Counted from the stretch's first letter, positions 50,917-58,527 are shown. The stretch is 64,000 bases of DNA from an uncultured Eubacterium sp. (GCA_946555345.1 CAMNSS010000003.1:8080-72079), one strand, 5' to 3'. Translations and numbers: made by a program. Notes: generated by a model not told the origin, from the sequence alone.

Positions 50917-51108
50917 TCATTCGATATCATCGTACAGTTCATATGGATCAAGGCCCAGCGCCTTAGCGATGATGAGGCCGTTTTTTAAGTTCGGCTCCCT
51001 GCGCCCGCTCCGATATCCCTCTATCGTCCTGACGCTGATCCCCGTCATCTCTTCCAACTGCTTTGACGAAACCTTCTTTTCCTTCATAATTTCCGACAAC
51101 TTCATCAT
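50917..51108 (-). CDS. Xre HTH protein, cassette 1
   Basis: LEEMTGISVRTIEGYRSGRREP; ATG overlaps the upstream peptide stop (ATGA). Confidence 0.85.
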   Translation of the reverse strand: MMKLSEIMKEKKVSSKQLEEMTGISVRTIEGYRSGRREPNLKNGLIIAKALGLDPYELYDDIE

Positions 51109-51200
51109 TTCTTGCTCCTTTTCAATGCCGTAACCGCAACAGCTAAAGCCGCAATGCTGATGCACAGGCTCACGATTCGCATGATCATATCTATTTGCAT
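51105..51200 (-). CDS. 31-aa hydrophobic peptide B, cassette 1
   Basis: MQIDMIMRIVSLCISIAALAVAVTALKRSKK*; TM plus basic tail; no clear RBS. Confidence 0.55.
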   Translation of the reverse strand: MQIDMIMRIVSLCISIAALAVAVTALKRSKK

Positions 51201-51223
51201 ATTATAAAGATGGATGATATAAT
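51195..51223 (+). promoter_or_regulatory. Antisense promoter, cassette 1
   Basis: TTGCAT-N17-TATAAT with extended TG. Confidence 0.6.
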
Positions 51224-51254
51224 AAACATATGCCCCATAAGGGGCGGGGAAGTT

Positions 51255-51362
51255 TTATTTCTTCCCCTTCTTATCTCTGGTAACTATGGTTAATGTTATA
51301 ATCGAAGCGGTCAAACTAACGATTGATGTAACCATGTCTATCAGAGATTTTATTATATCCAT
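51255..51362 (-). CDS. 35-aa hydrophobic peptide A, cassette 1 (type I toxin-like)
   Basis: MDIIKSLIDMVTSIVSLTASIITLTIVTRDKKGKK*; RBS AAAGGAGGTG; TTGACA-N17-TATAAT at 51418-51390. Confidence 0.7.
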   Translation of the reverse strand: MDIIKSLIDMVTSIVSLTASIITLTIVTRDKKGKK

Positions 51363-51675
51363 CTTTCCCCACCTCCTTTCTATATTTCTATTATACGTCG
51401 TTCGGCGTGATTTGTCAAGTGCAAAATTGCTTTTTTTATCATTTTTTCCATTATTTTATATATGGAGAAACGCCCCATGCGCCAGCACAATCATGAAGGA
51501 AAACACAAATGCCATTTTAAACAACACCCTCAATGAAAGGGAATGCAATCGGAGGCGTGCGGCATTGCCATAAACGGACGGCTTTCACAAATCTGCACCC
51601 CAAACAAAACAACGGCGGAACACAAACCGAAATGAACCGCCCCTTTGCTTACAAGTTTACCGCATACCGCATCAC

Positions 51676-52131
51676 TTAGCCTTCACCCAAGCCAGCATCA
51701 AATGAAAGGTACGTTGTCAAAATTGCGATCATCTCCGTATTGGATGGCCTTTCAGCCAACGAACGCTTTGCCATCTCGCAAAGAAAACCGGGATTTCGTT
51801 CCCAGGAAATCCTGCAAATCGTACGGATGTTCCGCTCCACGCATTCAGGGCTTGTGTGATACCTTCTGGCTATGTCAGGGTAAAGCCATTTGGTTACAAG
51901 GAGCAATCGGTCAGGCTCTTGGATGCAAAGCGAAACAGCACAAGCCATATAATTAAACCCTGCATAATTAATCGTAATCCCCAGCCTGAATAAGATGAGC
52001 GACATTCTTTGAAAGGCTTCATGATCCACCTGTCCGCCATCGCCTCCATTTTCACAACCCCCAGAAAGGGCAGCGCCCGCAATTTCTTGCACATTTTCCA
52101 TTTCTTTCGACAATAAATTACTTTTTTCCAT
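51676..52131 (-). CDS. Stand-alone Spo0A C-terminal (DNA-binding) domain protein
   Basis: GFNYM, LLLVTKWLYPDIARRYHTSPECVERNIRT, PSNTEMIAIL; no receiver domain. Confidence 0.8.
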   Translation of the reverse strand: MEKSNLLSKEMENVQEIAGAALSGGCENGGDGGQVDHEAFQRMSLILFRLGITINYAGFNYMACAVSLCIQEPDRLLLVTKWLYPDIARRYHTSPECVERNIRTICRISWERNPGFLCEMAKRSLAERPSNTEMIAILTTYLSFDAGLGEG

Positions 52132-52221
52132 GTTTTTCGCCTCCTCTTTCTTTAAGCATAAAAGAAAAAGACGGAAAATAGGACGCAGGATTTTAGCAGG
52201 CCTGGGCGAAATTACGCCCGT

Positions 52222-52533
52222 TCATAACATTTCCTTGTTTTTCATAAAAAAATCCTGCCGATGATTATCAAAGAAACACCCGACGCTCCCCGCCCGGCGC
52301 TTTCCACGCATAAAAAACATTGCCCCGTCCTCCAACGGGCTTGCTGCGGGCGCAGGCTTTCCATCCTCCAGTTCATCGAGAACCCAGCCAGACGCGGCAT
52401 CCATGCCCATGAGGATAGCTTCTGCCAGCGTGCCGCCTCCACTGACACAACCGGGAAGGTCCGGAACCTCAACAGCATAAGCTCCCTGCTTTTCTTCATC
52501 AGGGTAAAAACAAGCGGGATACGTTAATTTCAT
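52222..52533 (-). pseudogene. hicB: HicB antitoxin, C-terminally truncated
   Basis: MKLTYPACFYP...VPDLPGCVSGG-TLAEA...LEDGKPAPAASPLE, then unrelated sequence in place of the RHH domain. Confidence 0.75.
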
Positions 52534-52570
52534 AGACGAAACTTCCTTTATGATATTGCAGCGCCGGGTT

Positions 52571-52748
52571 TTACAGCCCGGCCTGCTTGAAAATTTGTTT
52601 GACGATTTGCAGGGCAATGTCTCCGGGATGCTTAGGAATTGTGGCCTTGCCCGCCTTTGATGGGTGTGTGTACTGACAATGCGAACCCTTTGCTTTCTTG
52701 TACCGCCATCCATCCGCTAAAATATTTTTTTATTTCCCAAAATCCCAT
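52571..52748 (-). pseudogene. hicA: HicA toxin, frameshifted in an A-run near the 5' end
   Basis: MGFWEIKK / ILADGWRYKKAKGSHCQYTHPSKAGKATIPKHPGDIALQIVKQIFKQAGL*; RBS AAGGAGG. Confidence 0.8.
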
Positions 52749-52977
52749 GCTGCGACCTCCTTGCAAATCACATTATGCGCATAATACGCATAATCATCAA
52801 GCAATTTTTTGCATTTTATTAAAGAATTATAAAATAAAATGCTTCCCCGTTGTTGCTTGGCGAGGCGCTTCCCTTGCCCAAAATCCAGCCTGTTTATCAC
52901 GCCCCAAAAGAGGTCATTATTAACCTTTGCATCCCTTTCAATATCCATATAAGCAACGCATTGCATGAAAGATATCA

Positions 52978-53006
52978 TTGCCTCCGGCATCATTTTTTTG
53001 TATAAT
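52978..53006 (+). promoter_or_regulatory. Antisense promoter, cassette 2
   Basis: TTGCCT-N17-TATAAT pointing into the hairpin at 53014-53034. Confidence 0.6.
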
Positions 53007-53056
53007 AACAAAAAGGCGGTGACAAGCCCGCCCCAAACATTTTCTTAGCCTGCTGC

Positions 53057-53191
53057 CTATTCAGCAGGCTTTTCTTTTTCGAGAAGTTCTGCTACTTTCG
53101 CTTTTGCTTCCGCTAAATCTTCACACCCATCCAGGATCATAGCTACCATTTTCAGTATTTTGCCAAGCTGCTTGTCCGTCATGTTTTCCAT
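53057..53191 (-). CDS. 44-aa helical small protein, cassette 2
   Basis: MENMTDKQLGKILKMVAMILDGCEDLAEAKAKVAELLEKEKPAE*; RBS AAAGGAG. Confidence 0.7.
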   Translation of the reverse strand: MENMTDKQLGKILKMVAMILDGCEDLAEAKAKVAELLEKEKPAE

Positions 53192-53281
53192 TGTTTTCTC
53201 CTTTCTCTGCTTGCCCAGCAATTAAGTTAATGCCTTAACTTAATTGTATTATACTAATATTGGTATAACTTCAAATATTTT

Positions 53282-53509
53282 TTAAAAATATTTCAATTTT
53301 TCTTCATCCGTTATGACCATCTCTATAATGTCCCCCGGCTGCTTTCTGCACATGATGCAAATTTTATTAAGCGTATCCAACGTTATGCTTTTCCCGGCCT
53401 TTATATTTGTCATTGTCTGGCGCGGCAATAAATTCTCCTTTTGTATCCGCGTCTGGTTAAACCCGTGCTTTTTCATCTCTTCAAAAACATCTATTTTGTA
53501 CCGTATCAC
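53282..53509 (-). CDS. Cro/C1-type HTH protein
   Basis: GTG start after GGAGGG; TMTNIKAGKSITLDTLNKICIMCRKQPGDIIE. Confidence 0.82.
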   Translation of the reverse strand: MIRYKIDVFEEMKKHGFNQTRIQKENLLPRQTMTNIKAGKSITLDTLNKICIMCRKQPGDIIEMVITDEEKLKYF

Positions 53510-53905
53510 TGCCTTTCCCTCCTTACTTTGCAATCGTAACATTCCGGCATACAAACGCCAATGGGTTTTATCCTAAAATTAGTATGATTCTATCAAAACC
53601 GCATTATCTTGGCACATAAGGAGAAATCGTTATTCCCCGTCGCGCCGCAACAGCAATTAGGGGGATGCCGCCTACGATCAGAAGCCAGCCTGCCCGCCAT
53701 CTCCCCAATGGCGATTCCGTGCCAGTTGCAAACCAATCCGGAATTATATTCTTATTGGAAGCCCTGCATCCAGATGTCGACAGGCCTTATGCTGCAGCCA
53801 GCAAACATCGATTGAAACCATTCGCCATAAACGAAAAACACATCAAAAAATAAATTGCGTTTTTATCTTTTCGCCAAACTTTTTTAAAATACGCTGCAAT
53901 ACGCA

Positions 53906-53934
53906 TTGACATATTGTGCAATATGTAGTATAAT
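53906..53934 (+). promoter_or_regulatory. Consensus sigmaA promoter with palindromic operator, cassette 3
   Basis: TTGACA-N17-TATAAT; CATATTG-TG-CAATATG overlaps the spacer. Confidence 0.8.
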
Positions 53935-53997
53935 AAAGATAGTTAAGCGAGATCCATAAGCTTAATGAATACCGGGCAAGCGAGAAAGAAGAACAGC

Positions 53998-54138
53998 ATG
54001 GAAGACATGGACAAAAAGGAAATAAAAGAAGTCATTGAATGGTGTGATGAAAAAGGGCATAGCGAACATGAAATTTTGGATTTAATCAGAAGAATCGTGG
54101 ATGCAAAGCCTAGAAAAGAAGAAAAGCCTAACGAATAG
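53998..54138 (+). CDS. 46-aa small protein, cassette 3
   Basis: MEDMDKKEIKEVIEWCDEKGHSEHEILDLIRRIVDAKPRKEEKPNE*. Confidence 0.68.
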   Translation: MEDMDKKEIKEVIEWCDEKGHSEHEILDLIRRIVDAKPRKEEKPNE

Positions 54139-54216
54139 GCTTCCGGAAAACAGAAAGGGCGGCGGACTTGCCAAAGCCGCCCAGACTGTAAAATATATTG
54201 TATATCATTTGGCAAG
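54124..54216 (+). ncRNA. Candidate structured RNA element (two hairpins plus possible pseudoknot)
   Basis: AAGCCTA/TAGGCTT stem over the stop; GGGCGGC/GCCGCCC stem 54157-82; loop CTTGCCAAA complementary to TTTGGCAAG 54208-16. Confidence 0.5.
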
Positions 54217-54236
54217 AAAAAGGAAGAGGGAAACGG

Positions 54237-54437
54237 ATGCAAAAAGAAAAAAAAGAATTTGACCAGATCAAATACCAAAACAAATTCATCAAAGAAAAGT
54301 ACGACCGCATCAATTTAACCGTACCCAAAGGCGAAAAAGCGGCGATCAAAGAGAAAGCGGAAGCAGCCGGGGAAAGCGTAAACGAATATATAAACCAGGC
54401 CATAAAGAAAAGAATGGAAAGCGGGGAAAATGCTTGA
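54237..54437 (+). CDS. Ribbon-helix-helix (Arc/CopG-like) protein, cassette 3
   Basis: YDRINLTVPKGEKAAIKEKAEAAGESVNEYINQAI. Confidence 0.82.
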   Translation: MQKEKKEFDQIKYQNKFIKEKYDRINLTVPKGEKAAIKEKAEAAGESVNEYINQAIKKRMESGENA

Positions 54438-54845
54438 AAAATGCATTGTTGAAATCCGTTTTATGAAAGCCATGCCGTTTTGCCGCATAAAAAACCGCCG
54501 CCCCTCGATGCCCATCGCATGAGGGGCGGCATTTCACTGCGAGCATCTGTTGCTCCATGCACCCCAGCCTGCAAGAACGGGGCTTTCGCCCGTTTCCAAA
54601 CCATCAAAGCGGGCCTTGCCCGATTTCAGAATTTTCTCTCGTCTGCCAAATAAGCTTGCGTAATTTCCTTTTTTCATGCAGCAAAAGCTTCCCCGGCGTC
54701 TTCTATTTCTTCCACCTCCTGACGATTACTGCGATCAACACGATATCTGCAATAATAATGCCAATGTCCGCTACCATTCCTATGACCTTCATTTTCTTCT
54801 TTCTCTCCTTGTGACGGTCCATGTTGGCAACGAGCCGTGAAAAAG
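54334..54845. repeat. ~0.5-kb direct repeat, copy 1 (copy 2 at 56166-56650)
   Basis: Shared RHH 3' end, GC-rich terminator hairpin, peptide B gene and GAGCCGTGAAAAAG end. Confidence 0.85.
54703..54792 (-). CDS. 29-aa hydrophobic peptide B
   Basis: MKVIGMVADIGIIIADIVLIAVIVRRWKK*. Confidence 0.68.
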   Translation of the reverse strand: MKVIGMVADIGIIIADIVLIAVIVRRWKK

Positions 54846-54853
54846 CGATCTTT

Positions 54854-55057
54854 TTATTCTTCTTGTTCTGCTGCTTCCATTTTATCTTTTACCGCCGAAT
54901 ATACAAACTCATTCACGCTTTGCCCTGCCGCCGCTGCCCTTTCTTTTATAATTGCCTTTTCCCCCTTTGGCACAAGCAATTCCATGCGGTCATAAGTTCT
55001 TTTCTTGTATTCGTTCTGATACTTCACTTGGTCGAACTCTTTTTTTATTTTTGGCAT
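54854..55057 (-). CDS. Ribbon-helix-helix protein, cassette 4
   Basis: YDRMELLVPKGEKAIIKERAAAAGQSVNEFVYSAV; paralog of 54237..54437. Confidence 0.82.
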   Translation of the reverse strand: MPKIKKEFDQVKYQNEYKKRTYDRMELLVPKGEKAIIKERAAAAGQSVNEFVYSAVKDKMEAAEQEE

Positions 55058-55076
55058 TTATGCCCTCTTCCTTTCC

Positions 55077-55179
55077 CTTGCCAAATCGTGTATAATCTAT
55101 TTTACAGATATGGGCGGCTTTGGCAAGTCCGCCGCCCTTTCTGTTTCTTGGAAGCCTTACTATTTATTGAGTAAGGCTT
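55077..55179 (-). ncRNA. Candidate structured RNA element, second copy
   Basis: 10-bp stem over the stop (55152-79), GGGCGGC stem 55112-37 with identical loop, complement at 55077-85. Confidence 0.5.
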
Positions 55180-55300
55180 TTACTTTTTCCTTTGCTTCTG
55201 CAAGGTCTTTACTCTCATTTAAGATTTCAAGAATTTTTCTCGTCTGATTTTCCTCTGCCGTTTCTTTAAGGATTTCACCTACATTCATTTCTTCGTCCAT
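55160..55300 (-). CDS. 46-aa helical small protein, cassette 4
   Basis: MDEEMNVGEILKETAEENQTRKILEILNESKDLAEAKEKVKALLNK*; shares DLAEAK-KV--LL with 53057..53191. Confidence 0.72.
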   Translation of the reverse strand: MDEEMNVGEILKETAEENQTRKILEILNESKDLAEAKEKVKALLNK

Positions 55301-55364
55301 GTTTTTTTCCTTTCCCTGCCGCCCAGTTATTTGTTAAGTTTATGTATCTCCCTTAACTGTCTTT

Positions 55365-55393
55365 ATTATACAACATATTTCGTACTATGTCAA
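55365..55393 (-). promoter_or_regulatory. Consensus sigmaA promoter with direct-repeat operator, cassette 4
   Basis: TTGACA-N17-TATAAT; CATATTTCGTACTA occurs twice. Confidence 0.8.
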
Positions 55394-55539
55394 TACATAT
55401 TTCGTACTAATTAAAAAAGCATAATTTTTTTATGAGGAGAGGAAGGTATGAATATGCAATATATATTACGTAAATTAGATAATACATATTAGCAATACGT
55501 AATTTATGTAATATAATATGCATTGTAAGGCGGTTGGTT

Positions 55540-55716
55540 ATGAAAGGCAAAGAGCTTGTAAAGCTGTTCAAAAAAGATGGCTGGGAAGCGACCAGAGTAA
55601 GAGGAAGCCATCATGTGATGAAAAAAGGCAATTAGGTTGAAGTAATCCCAGTACATAGCACCGGCATACCAATCGGCCTGGCAAATAAAATACGAAAGCG
55701 GGCAGAGCTTAAATAA
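55540..55716 (+). pseudogene. hicA: HicA toxin with internal amber stop
   Basis: MKGKELVKLFKKDGWEATRVRGSHHVMKKGN*VEVIPVHSTGIPIGLANKIRKRAELK*; TAG at 55633-35. Confidence 0.82.
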
Positions 55717-55751
55717 ACCTAGCATCGCTTTGATTGAAGGGAACGCATATT

Positions 55752-56126
55752 ATGTTAAAAGTATATCCTGCCATATTTCATGAAGAAGACGGTTTCCGGG
55801 TCGAGTTCCCGGACCTTGATGGCTGCAATGCCTGTGGAAACACCCTTGAGGAAACTATGGAGCTTGCGCAAGAGGCGCTTTGCCTTTATCTTGCTACGCT
55901 TGCAGAAGAAGACCTTGAAATTCCTTTCCCATCACCCATAAAAGACATAAAAACCGACGGCTTTGTATCATATGTTTCCACAAACATGGATAAGTACCGC
56001 AGAAATAACAAGGCGGTTAAAAAAACGTTATCCATACCGCAATGGCTCGCCGATGAAGCAGAAAAAAATAATCTTAGCCTGTCCAAGGTTTTACAAGAAG
56101 GATTAAAAACCCGTCTTGGATTATAA
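55752..56126 (+). CDS. hicB: HicB antitoxin, intact
   Basis: YPAIFHEE, VEFPDLDGC, AQEAL, C-terminal KAVKKTLSIPQWL...SLSKVLQEGL. Confidence 0.9.
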   Translation: MLKVYPAIFHEEDGFRVEFPDLDGCNACGNTLEETMELAQEALCLYLATLAEEDLEIPFPSPIKDIKTDGFVSYVSTNMDKYRRNNKAVKKTLSIPQWLADEAEKNNLSLSKVLQEGLKTRLGL

Positions 56127-56165
56127 CGACAAAAGCCCCCATCGCCAGGGCTGGCCGCAAAATAA

Positions 56166-56650
56166 AAAAAGCGGCGGCCAAAGAGAAAGCGGAAGCAGCT
56201 GGGGAAAGCGCAAACGAATATAGAAACCAAGCCATAAAGAGAAAAATGGAGAGCGGGGAAAATGCTTGAAAACCGCACTGACAATCTCCTTTTTGTTGAA
56301 GCCATGCCGTTTTGCCGCATAAAAGAAACCGCCGCCCCTCGATGCCCATCGCATGAGGGGCGGCGGCATTTCACTGCAAGCATCTGTTGCTCCATGCACC
56401 CCAGCCTGCAAGAACAGGGCTTTGCTGATTCCAGGATTTCCGCTCGTCCGCCAAATGAGCTTGCGCGACTTCCTTTTTTCATGAATCAAATGCTTTCCCA
56501 GCGCCTTCTAGTTCTTCCACCTCCTGACGATTACTGCGATCAGCACGATATCTGCGATAATAATGCCAATGTCCGCTACAATTCCTATGATCTCCATTTC
56601 CTTCCTCCTCTCCCTGTGACGATTTATATTGACAACGAGCCGTGAAAAAG
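56166..56650. repeat. ~0.5-kb direct repeat, copy 2 (begins with an RHH 3' fragment)
   Basis: Aligns with 54334-54845. Confidence 0.85.
56508..56597 (-). CDS. 29-aa hydrophobic peptide B, cassette 5
   Basis: MEIIGIVADIGIIIADIVLIAVIVRRWKN*; RBS GAGGAGG. Confidence 0.72.
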   Translation of the reverse strand: MEIIGIVADIGIIIADIVLIAVIVRRWKN

Positions 56651-56657
56651 TTATCAT
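56629..56657 (+). promoter_or_regulatory. Antisense promoter, cassette 5
   Basis: TTGACA-N17-TATCAT directly before hairpin 56665-87. Confidence 0.7.
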
Positions 56658-56690
56658 TCTCTTAGGGCGGGGCTTTCGCCCCTGCCCTCC

Positions 56691-56810
56691 TTACTCAATC
56701 AGCTTATCAATCAGTGTTATGATTGCGCTGATGAGCTGAATTAAAACCGTGACGAGGATGATTTTTTCAACGTTGGTATCCTCTTTGCGGTTTTTCTTTT
56801 TCCTGCCCAT
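56691..56810 (-). CDS. 39-aa peptide A, cassette 5
   Basis: MGRKKKNRKEDTNVEKIILVTVLIQLISAIITLIDKLIE*; RBS AAGGAGG; TTGACA-N17-TATAAT at 56892-56864. Confidence 0.75.
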   Translation of the reverse strand: MGRKKKNRKEDTNVEKIILVTVLIQLISAIITLIDKLIE

Positions 56811-56938
56811 TGTTCCTGCCTCCTTTTTGTGATATATTTAAGTTAATTTCTTAACTTGGTTATATTATATCTTATTTTTATGAGATTGTCAATGTATTTT
56901 TCTTATTTTTATGAGATTTTGAATGGAGGGCAAAACCT

Positions 56939-57154
56939 GTGTTTTGGGAACGTTTTTACAGTATGTGCGTTGCAAAAGGCACAAAGCCAAACCCTGTTGC
57001 CAAAGAAATCGGCATTTCTTCTGGAATTGTAACTAAATGGAAAAATGTTGGGACACTCCCTAATGGTGAAACCTTAATTAAAATCGCCGACTACCTCGGC
57101 TGCTCCGTTGACTACCTCCTCGGCAGGACGGACAAACCAGAAGTAAACCGTTAG
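56939..57154 (+). CDS. Xre HTH repressor, divergent, cassette 5
   Basis: VAKEIGISSGIVTKWK...LIKIADYLGCSVDYLLGRTD; RBS GGAGG. Confidence 0.88.
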   Translation: MFWERFYSMCVAKGTKPNPVAKEIGISSGIVTKWKNVGTLPNGETLIKIADYLGCSVDYLLGRTDKPEVNR

Positions 57155-57230
57155 GTTTCTTTTTGTTTCCTTTCCCTGCCATCAGGATTGCAGGCAATGC
57201 GCCGTTCATTTCCTGCCCCCTTCTTTATAT

Positions 57231-57471
57231 TATACAGTTTCGTCAGTTTTCCCGTTCCGTTTTGGCGGGCTGGTTTCCCTTTGCAAGCAGGCATTCAAGC
57301 CCGCATCCCAGGACGTCCGCTATTTCCTTCCCGGCCTGCAGTGACGGGTTTTTCGTCCCCCCTTTCAACCTGGCAGAGCATCGCCTGGAAGATGCCCGCC
57401 CGTTCAGCAAGGCGCGCCTGCGTCAGCCCCTTTTCTTCCCTGATGCGGCGGATGTTGTCCCCTGCGCCCAT
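57231..57471 (-). pseudogene. Xre HTH gene with +1 frameshift in a G6 tract, cassette 6
   Basis: MGAGDNIRRIREEKGLTQARLAERAGIFQAMLCQVERG / TKNPSLQAGKEIADVLGCGLECLL; tract at 57357-62. Confidence 0.75.
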
Positions 57472-57560
57472 TATCCATTCCACCTTCTTGCGATATAGAC
57501 AATTACTGACAGATAAAAAACCACTTCAATTCCTTTAAAAACCCAATACAAAATATTCAT
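57471..57560 (-). CDS. 29-aa hydrophobic peptide B, cassette 6
   Basis: MNILYWVFKGIEVVFYLSVIVYIARRWNG*; stop overlaps the Xre ATG (TAATG). Confidence 0.68.
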   Translation of the reverse strand: MNILYWVFKGIEVVFYLSVIVYIARRWNG

Positions 57561-57593
57561 GTCCGCCATCCTTCCTTCATTAAAATATTTATA

Positions 57594-57622
57594 TTGACAA
57601 TGCGCCTCGAAAAAGTTATCAT
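57594..57622 (+). promoter_or_regulatory. Antisense promoter, cassette 6
   Basis: TTGACA-N17-TATCAT before hairpin 57630-52. Confidence 0.7.
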
Positions 57623-57652
57623 TTCCGTAGGGAGGGGCTTTCGCCCCATCCC

Positions 57653-57784
57653 TTACTCAATGAGTTCTTTGATGATTTCCATCAGTATCTCAATGAGCTC
57701 AAGTATTGCGATTGCAAGAAGTATGTGTTCTCTGTGTGAACTCTTCTTGCTTTCGCTTTTTTTGCGCTTCTTTTTCCTGCCCAT
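57653..57784 (-). CDS. 43-aa peptide A, cassette 6
   Basis: MGRKKKRKKSESKKSSHREHILLAIAILELIEILMEIIKELIE*; RBS AGGAGG; TTTACA-N17-TATAAT at 57866-57838. Confidence 0.72.
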   Translation of the reverse strand: MGRKKKRKKSESKKSSHREHILLAIAILELIEILMEIIKELIE

Positions 57785-57910
57785 TGCTTTTTGCCTCCTG
57801 TTCTGGTATATTTTAGTTAATTTCTTAACTTGGTTATATTATATCATGCTATTACGTGATTGTAAATACTTTTTTCATGTTTTAGCGTGATTTTTTAGGA
57901 GGGGTGTGTC

Positions 57911-58138
57911 ATGTATGATTTAGAACTAATTGCTTTTCGCATAAAACAAACTTCAAAAGCCAAGAAAATTCCCATGAAAACCCTTCTTTCAGAATGCCAT
58001 CTCGGCATTAACGCCGTATCTGAAATGGCAAAAGGAAAGACCATGTCTTCTATAAATCTCGCCAAAATCGCCGACTACCTCGGCTGCTCCGTTGACTACC
58101 TCCTCGGCAGGACGGACAAACCAGAAATTAATAAATAA
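57911..58138 (+). CDS. Xre HTH repressor, divergent, cassette 6
   Basis: C-terminal KIADYLGCSVDYLLGRTDKPE; RBS AGGAGG. Confidence 0.85.
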   Translation: MYDLELIAFRIKQTSKAKKIPMKTLLSECHLGINAVSEMAKGKTMSSINLAKIADYLGCSVDYLLGRTDKPEINK

Positions 58139-58182
58139 AAAACAAGCCCGCTTTTTCTTTGCCGCCTATCCGTCTCCCCAGC

Positions 58183-58335
58183 CTACCGCCTAACCAAATC
58201 CCTGACGATGCACCCCAGCAACGCCAACGCATTCAACGAAACAGCCACTTTACAAAACACCGTCCATTCAAGCGTTATTGCTATTACCAGATTTACGCCT
58301 AATGCCCCTGCCAGCCAGTTTCTTGCCTTGTTCAT
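58183..58335 (-). CDS. 50-aa two-TM peptide B, cassette 7
   Basis: MNKARNWLAGALGVNLVIAITLEWTVFCKVAVSLNALALLGCIVRDLVRR*; RBS GGGAGGG. Confidence 0.65.
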   Translation of the reverse strand: MNKARNWLAGALGVNLVIAITLEWTVFCKVAVSLNALALLGCIVRDLVRR

Positions 58336-58353
58336 GATAACCCTCCCTATCTA

Positions 58354-58382
58354 TTGACTTATCTATTACGATATGATAGACT
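58354..58382 (+). promoter_or_regulatory. Antisense promoter, cassette 7
   Basis: TTGACT-N17-TAGACT before the GC hairpin near 58389-58415. Confidence 0.5.
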
Positions 58383-58425
58383 TTTTACAAGGACGGGGGC
58401 TTCCGCCCCTGCCCTTGGCTATCCT

Positions 58426-58527
58426 TTAGGACTTAATAGCTGTTATCAAAGCGGCAATGGTGGCAACACTTTGGATAACGATATTTGCTATTTCCTTTTT
58501 GGATAGCTTTTCTTTTTCATCTTTCAT
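58426..58527 (-). CDS. 33-aa peptide A, cassette 7
   Basis: MKDEKEKLSKKEIANIVIQSVATIAALITAIKS*; RBS AAAGGAG; TTGACA-N17-TATAAT at 58589-58561. Confidence 0.7.
   Translation of the reverse strand: MKDEKEKLSKKEIANIVIQSVATIAALITAIKS

Noticed and set aside
52730-53011. 93-aa ORF as a real gene
   Set aside because: It runs through the hicA promoter and RBS, has no recognisable motif, and is more likely a remnant or chance ORF.
55633-55635. TAG-to-Gln recoding (code 15) in the prophage as an explanation for the hicA amber codon
   Set aside because: TAG acts as a true stop in the endolysin (60413-15, followed by the next RBS and ATG) and in several cassette ORFs; a point mutation is simpler.
56508-58138. 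SHP/Rgg or arbitrium-type peptide signalling
   Set aside because: The divergent regulators are only 71-75 aa HTH proteins with no TPR or peptide-binding domain, and no AimR-like gene is present.
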